A stretch of 64,000 nucleotides of DNA from Octopus sinensis (GCF_006345805.1 NC_043003.1:68448001-68512000); one strand, 5' to 3'; counted from the first letter of the stretch, positions 26,900 to 40,486 are shown. Translations and numbers: made by a program. Notes: generated by a model not told the origin, from the sequence alone.

Positions 26900-27055
26900 G
26901 TGCCCTGAATAATAATAATAATGAAGATAATGATGATGATGCTAATGATAATGACAATGATAATAATGATGATAATGATAATCATAATGATGATGATAAT
27001 GATAATGATGATAATAATGATAATGATGATAATAATGATGATGATGATGATAATA

Positions 27056-27113
<58 letters not shown>

Positions 27114-27268
27114 CGGTAATGATGATGATGATGATGACAATAATGATGATGATTATGATAATAATGATGATGATGATGATGATGATAATAATGATGATGA
27201 TGATGAGGATGATGATGATGATAATAATGATGACGATGAGGATGATGATGACATCGAAAAATACTTTA
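26896..27268 (+). mobile_element. Inverted partial second arm of the same element (head deleted, tail truncated)
   Basis: GGCAGTGCCCTGAAT-(AAT/GAT)n-ACATCGAAAAATACTTTA mirrors the minus arm (GGCTGTAACTGAAT..ACATCGAAAAATACCTTA). Confidence 0.7.
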
Positions 27269-28182
27269 CGTAAAGTTAATCTCGTCGGGAGAAATGATAC
27301 AAGAAGATTTGGAAAAGTAAATGCATAGGTTTTTGATAACACATGGCTACTGCAAGAAGTGAACGCATACATATATTAAATAACGTGCTAATTTTTTGTT
27401 ATATCACAAACATTATTCATTGTTTAGAAGCGAAAGTCTTTCTTTATAAAAGATACAATATGTTTGTTCCTGCCCACGTACGCAATTTGCTTTCCAATAC
27501 GAGTGATAATTTATTTAGGATTTTCAATTTTATTTAGGAATGTTAATTTAATATACATCAGTTGGCAGTAGTTTGGTTTAATTTAATTTCGATTGAGTAC
27601 AGAATTTTGTGAGCAAAAACATCGTAGATATCATTTGTAAACTTTTAAAACATAACCTAACTATAACTGCTGAATATTTCAATTTCCATTGACTTAAATT
27701 AGATAAAATGTCATTGATGGTTTGGAATGACAAACATTGAATAACATCGAATAATTCGCTTCAAAAAATTCATATATTCTAGCAAAACAAAAATCGATAA
27801 GTGCAATCAATAAGTGGTAAGCTACAACAAATAAAACGTTCTAACTATTCTAACCAAGTATTTTATATACTTTTAAGTCATGCACACTGTAAGCTCCAGG
27901 GAACAAATCTTGTCACCGTACATGTTTACGTCTTATAACATATTTATTCATAGCAAGTTAATGGGAGAGCCCGATTCCCTTATACAACCGGCTACATATT
28001 GCAGCAAGCAAAATTCTGCTAATTTATATCCCTACTATATGTAAAACACGGTCGTGTAGTAAAAAGGTAATTTTCCTGACGCCAGTTCGCGTTCAGTACA
28101 ACACCTTTGATAAGTGACTTCTAGAGTAGATACGCGTGCAACAACGAATGCCTGAGGTAGATGCATTGATTTAATACACGGT

Positions 28183-28232
<50 letters not shown>

Positions 28233-28291
28233 GTGTGTGTGTGTGTGTGTGCGTGTGTGTGTGCGTGTGTGTGTGCGTGTGTGTGTTTCTG

Positions 28292-28324
<33 letters not shown>

Positions 28325-28450
28325 CTATATATATATATAATGCATATATTAGTTCGTGGTGTGCAAACTAATACCATGAGTTTACTTTCAAAATATACTC
28401 ATTAGATTATTATTCGTATTATCTGAAATAAAATACCCGCATACACATAT

Positions 28451-28515
<65 letters not shown>

Positions 28516-28537
28516 TATAATATATATAAACATATAT

Positions 28538-28697
28538 GACGGGCTTCTTCTAGTTTCCGTCTACCAAATGTACTTACAAGGTTTGGTCGGCCAGAGGCTA
28601 TAGTAGAAGACACTTGCCCAATGTTCTACGCAGTGGGACTGAACTCGGAATCACGTAGTTGGTAAGGAAGTTACTTACCATACAACGACACCTGCGT
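28538..28697 (-). mobile_element. SINE family A, 5' half
   Basis: GACGGGCTTCTTCTAGTTTCCGTCTACCAAA..GTGGGACTGAAC; ends in internal (TA)n. Confidence 0.85.
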
Positions 28698-28705
28698 CTA
28701 TAACA

Positions 28706-28758
<53 letters not shown>

Positions 28759-28759
<1 letters not shown>

Positions 28760-29099
28760 ATTATATTAAATTAGAGATAAAACCACTATTAGGAAAATCA
28801 TACAATGAAAAACTTAAGCCAATACATAAGATTAATTAATTAATATTATTTTAAATATATATCAAAATTATTAAAAAAAGATAATTAGTATAACACTACG
28901 ATCGTTTCATGGCTGTCCAATTCGTAAAAATTCGAGTTACAGTTATTCTTCAGGTGAGTGAAATATGTAACTTGGCGAGGTTTAATAATTTTGATATATA
29001 TTTAAAATAATATAAATTAATTAATCTTATGTATTGGCTTACGTTTTTCATTGTATGATTTGCCTAATAGTGGTTTTATCTCTAATTCAATATAATATA
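28759..29099. mobile_element. Fold-back element with ~119-bp inverted arms and a central hammerhead motif
   Basis: 28759-28875 versus 28981-29099: four mismatches by manual comparison; left end in (TA)n. Confidence 0.8.
28894..28956 (-). ncRNA. Minimal hammerhead motif, stem II partly decayed
   Basis: CAC-CTGAAGA-ATAACTGT..ACAGCCAT-GAAA-CGATCG-TA/GTG; palindromic stem III; two A-C mismatches in stem II. Confidence 0.6.
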
Positions 29100-29174
29100 A
29101 TATTTTACTATAAAATTGGATTCAATCCTAAATCTAATTTTTCCCTGTAAGTTTGGATTTATTCCCTAATATTT

Positions 29175-29221
<47 letters not shown>

Positions 29222-30056
29222 GTATGTATGTATGAATGTATGCATGTATGTATGTATATATGCATGTATGCATGTATGTATCTATGGGTTTGTGTGCGTC
29301 TATGTGTCCTGTGTCCGGAGTCTGTGCCTGTGTGTGCGTAAGTGTGTATGCACGTGAGTATGTAAATTTAGAAAATATCTTAAATAAGCAATGTATTGCG
29401 AAATCACGGCCGGGACGCCCATGAACAAACTTCTGAGCACCCAGGGTTAATCTGTTCCTAAACATCAGCAGCATATTGGCTGACCAAATATGTATAACAT
29501 CATATTGCGGTCAAACTTAATCGATTCTACTGAATTCGTACAATAACCATTCTCACAATATATATCAATATTTGCAACGGTAAAATTGAAGATTAATGAA
29601 GCCTTCCCTGGCATTATCCCTAAATGATTGTATCATCCAAATAGAAATCTCTGGTTGATTGTTAACATATGAATGATGTCAGAATTTATGGAGATGATTC
29701 TCGCTATTTCCATCGTGAAGCTTAACTTCAACGCACACTTTGTTGTTACGGTTTTAATTTTATTTTCATGTAATATTTACCATCCGTGTATGATTAGATT
29801 TTGGTTGCTATGTGAGGTAGATAGTCAGAAGTACTTACAGCTTCTTACAAGTAATTAACAAGAAATACCTTTGGAAATCATTTACATCGCCGTGTAGCCG
29901 ACTACCGACTCTCTTTCTTTTTACTCTCTCACACACTTTCCTCTCTCTCAATACACGGACATATATTCATACGTATATGTACATACATACACGGACATAT
30001 GTTCATACATGCATACATAATACACACACATATAGGTACATATATATATGTATATA

Positions 30057-30096
<40 letters not shown>

Positions 30097-30509
30097 TCTG
30101 AATCAATATATATATTTATGCATGCATGTCTCACTCTATACATGTCTGTCTGTATGTATGTATCTATATATTCATATTTATGTATATCTATTGCAAGATT
30201 CTTGATGTGAAATATTGTGTTGAAACGAATATTGTTACATTTGGAGATGGTTATCTTTTTCTCTGAACAAGGGGAGATATGTGGGATAGGGAGTCACTGA
30301 TGAAGTCACATGATGTGTGACCTGACGTAAGTTTTCCAACCAAAGGGTACTAAACTAAGATTATCTTTGCAGATATAATGCGCACTTCTAACGCAGCAGA
30401 ACACGATACTAGTTTATGAAAATGTTTAACATATTTTATAGTAAATTTTGGCTTCATAGCCAAACACTGTGTGCCTAAAAATCATCAATATTTACTAGGA
30501 GAAGAAGAA

Positions 30510-31330
30510 TAACCAAGCTGAAATGAAGAACAGCTATATAATGCATGAGCATCCCCAAACAACAATCACAACCACTACCATAAATGGAGAAATACTGAAA
30601 GAATTCAAGAAATTCAGCACAACTCTGTTAATGCTTTTTAACAAATTCGACTCGCCACTTGAACCCAATCGAGAGAACAATGAGGAAATCGATATGAAAA
30701 AAACAACCTCCGAAATTGTCGAAAACCTTGGAAAATTATGCGAAACAATTAGAACATTTTCTCAAGCAACGCAAACGTAGTACTTCGGAACGAGGAAGTA
30801 TATCGGATTAATACACTAATAACATACCTAATGAAACACCACGTAGTACCACAATGGAACAAATCACTCAGAGATAGAAGGTTCGCCTTTTAGAAGTTGG
30901 ACCTAAACAACACCAAAGTGGATATATACGAAAATGGCTTAATCCGATACCGTTAATCCCCCCCACTCGCAAACTCCTGATCGAAGCCATTATAGATATA
31001 AAACTGAAACACAAATACCCCTTAGGGAAACAATGGCACAAGAAAAAAATGAAGATGGAAATAGAACTTCTAAAATTGAGGGCTTAGACGAATAAAGATA
31101 AAGTAAAATCCATTGAGGAAGAGATCAACCAAGAAATTAACAAAATAACTAAAGGCCCCGAACTAGAGAAGATCTCCAAACTATGGAAAAAAGATTGTGA
31201 TAAAGAAGAACTGAAATCCCCCCAACACTGGAAAAAAAGCGCCTCTTGGTTCTGAAACTATGAAACTGTGTTTTCAACAGAATACACTTCCAACTCTTTC
31301 TTAATATTAAGAAAATCAAAGCAACAGCCA
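30510..31330 (+). pseudogene. Decayed coding remnant, probably retroelement-derived
   Basis: Long A-rich near-open frames with a few stops (KWLNPIPLIPPTRKLLIEAI..KMKMEIELLKLRA*..LWKKDCDKEELKSPQHWKK), with hammerhead-like remnants on both sides (30297, 31377). Family not identified. Confidence 0.4.
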
Positions 31331-33204
31331 AACACAGATTCACACCTATCTAAAAAAAAACGGTAATTAACCTCTAGAAACGGCCGTTGATTCCGTATTT
31401 TAGCTATTTTAAACTGTTCTGATATTTAATTTCTTTCTTCCTTTATCTTTTATTTCGCTTCCATCACTACTTCAAACTTTCTACAAAATTGTTTACGTAT
31501 ACATGTATGTTTTAATATATTGATGTCGACATCTAAATATATTTTTAAATCCATTATCTTACATATGTCGTTTTGATATATTTATTTATAGACTTTTGAA
31601 AATGTCTATGTATCTATACGCCTTTAAGGTATCATGTATATACATGAGTCGTGAATACAGATTAAGAGATAATGTCAGACTATCACAACAACAATAAACC
31701 TATGCATACACAAACTACGCGAAATAGAATTAAATCTAACGAAACGCTATTCTTCGCAAAAGTTCTTTCGAACGAAATAATTTTGCAAAAAAGTTGTCTT
31801 GAGAGTATTTTGTTCACATACGATTTGTGAACGCGATGGAGATATTCTCTCTTTCAATCCAAACAATCTTTGAAAGATGCGATATTTTAAATGAAATCTT
31901 CATTTGAAAAGAGAGATATTTGTCTTGTTTAAAAAATTGGACACAAGCACAAATTTATGATCACACAAACAAACATATCGCGTATGAATACAGCTTAAAA
32001 GATAATACGTCAGATTACCACGACAATATGTTAAATACCTGCCAATCAGCTGTTCCGAAAGTATTTAGGAAATCAAAACACAAAAATACGTTATTGATGC
32101 TAGCAAATCACGGTTAGTAAGCCCTTTAAGTTACAATATGATCCGGTTGACAATTCAGAACCACCGTTTTCAGACATTTTAATAACTACAATTGATATGC
32201 AAATCTAAATGAGCCCAAAATATTACAAAACTGTTGTAGTTGCAACCTGTGGGACATGTTCAGAGAAATACCTTAAACCTCAGCATCTTAAGGCATACAC
32301 CCAAAACACCAGATTTGTGGCCGTAAAATCTATTCAAAGCATTTCACTACAGAAAGTCTAACGTGAAAGAAAACAAGCAGAGCCAACATGTACAAGGACA
32401 AAGCAAATGCTGGATTCGGCTAAATGTCTTTTTCTAAATTAAGAGTTAATCATGGGACCCAATACGGCCTCTCCCAGTCGCATTCCCATAATGCCCATCC
32501 ATGGCAGATACAATATCAGCGAAAAATACAAGCCTGGGAAGTAACCCTCATAGTGGCACCACACCGTTTATTTGTACTCGCAAACTGATTGCAAAGTTAT
32601 TGCTACAGTTCTTTTCAAAACAAAAACGAGTAACATTCAATGAAAATAATCAGATAGTTCAAAAAGTAACAAAATTTGAGGTGGTCGGTATAATTCCTGT
32701 ACAGAGTGTAAACTCATTTTACGGGAGAACACATCCCTATGAGAAAGATGAAACCAGCATCTTTCTTCAGCGAAATGAATTTCAAAGCTGTTTTTTATGG
32801 CTAATAAAGATCTAATAAAATACTTATGCGATATAGAAAAGAAATTCCGAGTCGAAATGCGGCACAGAAGTGAATGTTATCACGTTTTAACCAGCTTAAA
32901 AACGAGGAAATATAAGTACAATTTTCGAATAGACGTTACAAAGTATGTTATCCCAAAAAGCCAGTAGATATCAATTCTTATTTAGCAATTATGACCTAAG
33001 AAAGCTCACCCCCGGAAGGTTTGGTAATCTCATATTATGAAAAATACACGTAAGAAATCCAGTTGATATTTAATGGGTAATGTGAATCTGCCTGATCAAT
33101 GTAAACGGGGGCTTTAGCTTTATACAGATGCCGTTAAATGATTATTTTACCATCATACTTTTCTATTCCTTCCATGAAATATTTTTTATTTTTTAAATAA
33201 TTCT

Positions 33205-33239
33205 TTATTTCTACATACCCTTTGTATATATATATATAT

Positions 33240-33282
<43 letters not shown>

Positions 33283-33313
33283 TGTATGTGCGTGCGTGTG
33301 TGTCTGTATACCT

Positions 33314-33358
<45 letters not shown>

Positions 33359-33408
33359 CATATATATACATATATATATATATAGACATATACATATATA
33401 TATATATA

Positions 33409-33491
<83 letters not shown>

Positions 33492-33500
33492 TATATATAT
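33205..33500. repeat. (TA)n/(TG)n/(CA)n compound microsatellite
   Basis: Direct reading. Confidence 0.95.
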
Positions 33501-33930
33501 TGCGTGAGGTCTTTAACCCATCCTCACCTTCTATACCACATATTTCACGGTTCTTTGTAGCTGCTGTATCCCAGAACACATGCGTCTAATAAAAATGCTT
33601 ATTATTATTATTGCTATTGTTGTTGTTGCTATTATTATTATTACTCTTATTATTTTCATCATCATCATCATAATCATCATCATCATCATCATTATCATCA
33701 TCATAATGCTCGTGAATAAAATTTTTTTTTGATATTACATACCGTTCTGTTTCTGTTAACAATTATCTTATTTGAGTTGGAGAAATACTGAATGAAAAGA
33801 CAACAAGAATTATGAAAGAAATACAGATAAAATAATAATAAATACTGCGAACGGCAAACAATATCGTCAAGTAAAAAAAATAATATATTCTTGCTAAATA
33901 TCTTAGATTTTGCTCCCGGCGAAATACCAA

Positions 33931-34024
<94 letters not shown>

Positions 34025-34028
34025 AATG

Positions 34029-34059
<31 letters not shown>

Positions 34060-34680
34060 ATGTATGTATATGTAAGTATATGTTTATATATACATATATA
34101 ATAAAAAACAAAATAATTGTTCATGTTTTATGCCAAATAAATTGGTTGTTATATTTGTAATAATGAATGTATCACTGTAAGCTGTATTTCAAATGTTTCC
34201 CTTATTTTATTATATATCTTTTATGAATACCATTCTTGCTAGTGCTATTATCTCTGTGTTGGATATGTGCTGTAGTAATTGTCTCCATAAATGTGTCTAT
34301 CTATCTTTCGTTGTTTTTTGTTTCGTTCATTTTTTTTTTTGCATTTCCTAAGGTATCAATAATTTATGGGTGTTGGTTGTGTTTTTGGTTTCTACATTTT
34401 AAATATCTTTATATTCAACAGTTCTTTTTTTCTTATTTGCATATATTTTTGCCATTTGTTTCCGAGACACATTGTTGCACATTACGCTATGGAATTCTCA
34501 ACCAAAGACTGGAAATTTTCTTTAAACCCTTTCACCTCCAACTGTCATGCAGAGTTTATTAATTACATAATAGTCTTTTCTTGGCAATATCTAGACAGAG
34601 TTGTGTTAAACTTGTAGTATTTCCTTTTTTCATTTTTTAATCACCTGACCTCCCTGAAAGCAAAACTTTTTGTTGCCATT

Positions 34681-35114
<434 letters not shown>

Positions 35115-35465
35115 TCTGGATGTTATTTATGATTGGCAATGATTTATTGGAAATAAAGGAGACCAGTGTTTGAGGACTAAGATTGTTAAAACTTTAGTAT
35201 TTCTACCTTTTTTTTAATATTCTTAGGTTGTCATTGTTTTTTCTTGACGTTGGCGCAGTAAACATGAGAACATATTTGTTTTCATAGTTCTGATACTTTC
35301 GTCTTTACTGGTATTGGTTATAGTGTTTAAGAATGACATTTGGTAATGACTCCAAAAATCTGATGACCACAATTGTTGATATTAGATGCCACGTTTTTCA
35401 GACACCTATTTCAAACTCCTTGTATTTACCTAACTTTTCAGATGTATATATATATATGCATATAT

Positions 35466-35499
<34 letters not shown>

Positions 35500-35633
35500 G
35501 ATATATATATATATATATATATATATACTATATATATATTATTATATAATATATATATATATATATGAGGATTTTTTGCTTAATAAGATAAAAACCAAGG
35601 CTGTATAGATATTAGAGCATATAAGAAGGATAC

Positions 35634-35680
<47 letters not shown>

Positions 35681-35681
<1 letters not shown>

Positions 35682-35843
35682 GATGGGCTTCTTTCAGTTC
35701 CCATCTACCAAATCTTTTCACTAAGTTTTGGTCGGCCCGAGGCTATACTAGAAGATATTTGCCCAAGGTGTCACACAGTGGGATACAACTCGGAAGCATG
35801 TGGTTGGTAAGCAAGATACTTACATACAGCCACTTCTGCACCT
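35681..35843 (-). mobile_element. SINE family A, 5' half
   Basis: GGGCTTCTTTCAGTT..GTCGGCCCGAGGCTATA..GGTTGGTAAGCAAG. Confidence 0.85.
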
Positions 35844-36570
35844 ATATGTGGATGTGTTATGTGTGTGTGTGTGTGTATGTGCGTGTGTGTGTTGGGGTTC
35901 ATACAGATGTGTACTCTCCTCCCGAACTTGTTACCACATAACTTCCAGAAAAATGGATATATTTTAATGAAATGTTTTACAAATGTTCTTCAAATGATGT
36001 AGATTCTCAGGCGGTGGGTAAAGGAGTTGAACCACACAGTCTTTCTGTTGTTTTTTTTTGGGGGGGGGGGTTGCTACAGGGAGCCACATTTTCTGACTTT
36101 CCGGTTGGAGCGTACATATAAATTGAAGATTTTGAAAACCCCAAAACACGTTTGCAAAAATTTAATTTTCCCTCTCTCCACGATTCTAGCAAAGAAAAAG
36201 TGGGGTGGCGGAAATTTAAATTTTGAAAACGTGATTCGCCGTTTAGCTGCTATTTCTAGCATATCGAGTTTTCTGCTTAGATGCTTTTTATGTCCGCTCT
36301 TTTAGTAGGAGAGAAGTGGAGGGTTTTTGTTTAGAATTGTTGCAGTATACTGCAATTAACTTATCTATTGGATGACATGCATTGCTATTTTTCTGCCAGC
36401 AATATCTGGTCTATTAGCCTGAATAGCACGATCGGCTTGAACACAAATATTCCGACGATGATATCTTTATTCTTTAATACTTTGGCACGCCTGTTTTCCA
36501 AAGTTCTTATATGGGAGTCCAGATTCACAGCATAGTGAGTAATATTATTCATGCGGAGCTAATCCTCAGT

Positions 36571-36712
36571 ATCCAGAAATGAGATGGTCAACTGTGTTTG
36601 CCGTTGCTTCATTCAACAGCTTATATAGTGGAATGAGAGCCACGCAAGAGACAAGTGGTGACGCAGAATCGCCTTGAAAACCCCCGATGTTAATGTCCAT
36701 TATTATTATCAT
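36571..36712 (-). mobile_element. RT fragment of an R4/Dong-like (RLE-type) non-LTR element
   Basis: DINIGGFQGDSASPLVSCVALIPLYKLLNE..VDHLI resembles the R4/NeSL motif GIFQGDSLSPLLFCLALIPLS.LLN..SHLLYMDD; the YMDD region is frameshifted. Confidence 0.65.
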
Positions 36713-36738
36713 CATCATTATTATTATTATTATTATTA

Positions 36739-36769
<31 letters not shown>

Positions 36770-36899
36770 ATTATAATAATTATTATTATTATTACTATTA
36801 TTTTTATTAATATTATTATTATTATTATTAGCATTATCATTATTATTATTATTATTATTATTATTAATAATAATAATAATAATAACAATAATAATGATG

Positions 36900-36951
<52 letters not shown>

Positions 36952-36958
36952 TAACAAC
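36713..36958. repeat. (TAT)n/(AAT)n array
   Basis: Direct reading. Confidence 0.9.
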
Positions 36959-37148
36959 AATTTGATCGCAGAGGGTGGCAGAGCCGGTGACTAGCAACAT
37001 CCTCTGGGATTTCCCAATCCAAAGAGATCAGGTGCTAGTGCGTACCACACCAGACCTAGCGGTGGTGGTGGACGGAATGTACTATAATAGGCCATATATT
37101 TGACGTTGCATGCCCATTTGACCCACGAAGAGTCAAGAAGGAAGGCGA

Positions 37149-37205
<57 letters not shown>

Positions 37206-37206
37206 C

Positions 37207-37239
<33 letters not shown>

Positions 37240-37344
37240 CATACATACAGCCCTCTTAAATACAAAATAGCCCGGCTATGGAAAATGAATAATAATGATG
37301 ATGATGATGATGATGATAATGATGATGATATCAATAATAATAAC

Positions 37345-37527
37345 GGTGGCGAGAGGCAGCATAGTTGGCACCCTGAACAAAATGCTTAGCGGCATTTCAT
37401 GCGTCTTTTCATTTTGAGGTCAAATTCTGGCGATATCGATTTTGTTTTTCATACATGGAGTTGATAAAATAAATACCAGTTGAATACTGGAGTCGATGTA
37501 ATCGACTAGCCCCTCACCATTCAAATC
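37345..37527 (+). mobile_element. SINE family B, monomer
   Basis: AAAATGCTTAGCGGCATTTC..GGTCAAATTC..ACTGGAGTCGATGTAATCGACT. Confidence 0.75.
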
Positions 37528-37751
37528 GTAATTATCATCGTACGACTTTAGTTTGCAGATTTGTTGCCTCGTGTTCGGTGACAACCGATTTCCTGCAACA
37601 TCAGCTTTTTTTACGACGTTACTCATTTTTACACGCTGGCAGTGGGTATCGGGATTCCAATATCCTTCAACTCTTCTGTACAAGTTTTGTTGCTGTGTCA
37701 AATCTACCAGCTACTATGGAAAGAATCATCACTTCTATATCTCCCTGCCTC

Positions 37752-38146
37752 TTTACTCTCTTTTACTTGCTTCAGTCATTTGACTGCGGCCATGCTGGAG
37801 CACCGCCTTTTGTCGAACAAATCGACCCCGGGACTTATTCTTTGTAAGCCCAGGACTTATTTTATCGGTCTCTTTTGCCGAACCGCTAAGTGACGGGGAC
37901 GTAAACACACCAGCATCGGTTGTCAAGCAATGCTAAGGGGACAAACACAGACACACAAACACACAAACATACATATATATATACATATATACGACGGGCT
38001 TCTTTCAGTTTCCGTCTACCAAATCCACTCACAAGGCATTGGTCGCCCCGGGGCTATAGCAGAAGACACTTGCCCAAGGTGCCACGCAGTGGGACTGAAC
38101 CCGGAACCATGTGGTTGGTTAGCAAACTATTTACCACACTGCGCCT
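37752..38146 (-). mobile_element. SINE family A, full length
   Basis: Best-preserved copy: head with GGTTCCGGGTTCAGTCCC B-box-like motif, body and tail. Confidence 0.92.
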
Positions 38147-38282
38147 ATGTAGTAATATTTCTAAAGTTTCTCAACATTATATTTTATACTTTATTTTCTG
38201 TTGTGGTAACTCCTGTTTCTTGGGCGGAGTAGTATTTGTTACGCGGTGCTGATAAATCTTTTTCAGTAGCGTCAGTGTAGAC

Positions 38283-38640
38283 GGAGCTGTTGCTGTGTGG
38301 CAGGAATTTTGCTTTCCAATCACATGATTCCAGGTTCGGTCTCATTGCTAGACACCTTGAGCAAGTGTCTTCTACTATATTCTTGGACCGAACAAAAGTC
38401 TTATAGGTGGAACTGGTAGACAGAAACACAAATGTAAATATATCTGTGTGTGTCTGTGGTTGTCCCCTATCCCCGATTGCTAACCGGTGTTGGTGTTTTT
38501 ATGTCCCCCATAACCCTGCGGTTCAGCAAAAGAAACCTATAGAATAAGTACCAGGCTTAAACGAATAAATACAGTAGCCTTCTTCAAGGTGGTGCCTCTG
38601 CATGGTCGCAATCTAATGACTAAAACAAGTAAAATAAGAA
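38283..38640 (+). mobile_element. SINE family A, degenerate
   Basis: GCTGTGTGG..CACATGATTCCAGGTTCGG..CACCTTGAGCAAGTGTCTTCTACTATA..TGACTAAAACAAGTAAAA. Confidence 0.8.
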
Positions 38641-39076
38641 AAAAAGATTACTTTTATGCTAGTATGATAAAATCAAAATAGAATATTCTTTATTGGTGAA
38701 AGTCAGTTACAGGATTTTTGATCAATGGAAGTTTTGAGCTCAGCTCTCTTGGCACAGAAGTTGCATCAATTAATAACAGAATGCAAGCCGCACTAAATTC
38801 TTCGAAATTGCTATAGCGTTCAAGATAATAATCTAGGACAGTTTAACAATGTTTCTCTAATGATATTTTCTTCTTTGTTTTTGGTGGAATTTAATCAGTT
38901 TCATCCAGCAGATGTATCAGCTATAAATTTCGCCCGCCAAATCGGTAGTTTCAGATGCTGTAAAATATATTTCTATTTAGCTACAAAAGCAGATGCTAAC
39001 TTTCAGAGACATTATTATTACAGGATTATTTTTAACGATTTCATACAACAGTACAGCCACTGCTTCCTCACCATAC

Positions 39077-39126
39077 ATGAGAATAACGGCAACACTACTA
39101 TCTCAATTCTGATATATATATATCTC

Positions 39127-39172
<46 letters not shown>

Positions 39173-39203
39173 ATTGAGATAGTAGTGTTGCCGTTATTCT
39201 CAT
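39077..39203. repeat. Perfect 36-bp inverted repeat enclosing (TA)n
   Basis: 39077-39112 is the exact reverse complement of 39168-39203. Confidence 0.9.
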
Positions 39204-39330
39204 ATATATATATATATATATGTACATACATACCTACATATATATATACACATACATATATATATATATAATATATATATATATATATAATATATATATA
39301 CATATATATATATATATTATATATATATAT

Positions 39331-39362
<32 letters not shown>

Positions 39363-39810
39363 AAGATATAGATATATATATACACACTCATATATATACA
39401 GACACATCTCCCCATGATAATCTAGCCATTCTCGCTAATTCCAAACGTGTCCCATACAAATGGCATTGTATATTTATATTACCATAATAAGTTACATAAT
39501 CATTGGTATTTTTGTACATTGACAGATGGGTTTGATGGTCGTAAAACCGTGAATAAATTTTACTTGGATAAAAAACAAGAGAAACAAGAATAACAAAATA
39601 GCATGAACGGTATTGGTAGGCCAATAAAATTAGGACCTTGCGCTATGTTTTGCTGTGAACTTTCTAATCTCTGCAATACTGAAATTCTTTTATAATATAT
39701 AGTTACAATGTTAAGTCTTGACAAACATTCCGGCACATACACACAAACACGCGCTTATGTATAGATATAGGTATATATATAATATATATATATATATAGG
39801 TATACATATG

Positions 39811-39848
<38 letters not shown>

Positions 39849-39884
39849 TATATACATATATATATATACATAGATAGATAGATA

Positions 39885-39951
<67 letters not shown>

Positions 39952-40440
39952 TATGTATGTATGTATATATACACACACTCAAGTGAAAACCTCAGAGATA
40001 GTAATTATGTAGAGTCAAACATTAAAAACAGTATACCATCAGCTACATACATGCATCCATCCATCAATACATACATACATACATACAAACAAACATACAT
40101 ACATACATACATACGGAGCACTAGGTTTTGTTAGCAAATGCTTAAAGGTGAATTTGGATATACTGAGATTTTTTGAAATCACACCGGCTAATTTGTACAT
40201 TACAAGCGCAATCTATGAGTGGAACAGTAAAAATTTAGAAGACTTTTCGCAAGTTTCAAATGTGAATTTGTCTGAGTTAACTATATCCGAAAGATGGAGC
40301 CTTGTGTCTTTTTTGGAAACCGGCTCCCTCCTCAGTGGAAGAATTATAATAATTAAAAAATAGGAGTGACATACATACATATACACCACTCACAAATATA
40401 CATGCATGAGTTTGTATATATGCACACATACACACACACA

Positions 40441-40484
<44 letters not shown>

Positions 40485-40486
40485 CA

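Noticed and set aside
26887-27273. Poly-Asp/Asn ORF resembling an acidic biomineralisation protein
   Set aside because: It is the (GAT/AAT)n spacer of the inverted repeat arm; other frames are open too.
32450-32600. GC-richer segment with faint SRCR- or protease-like words
   Set aside because: The motifs are too short and the frames close early.
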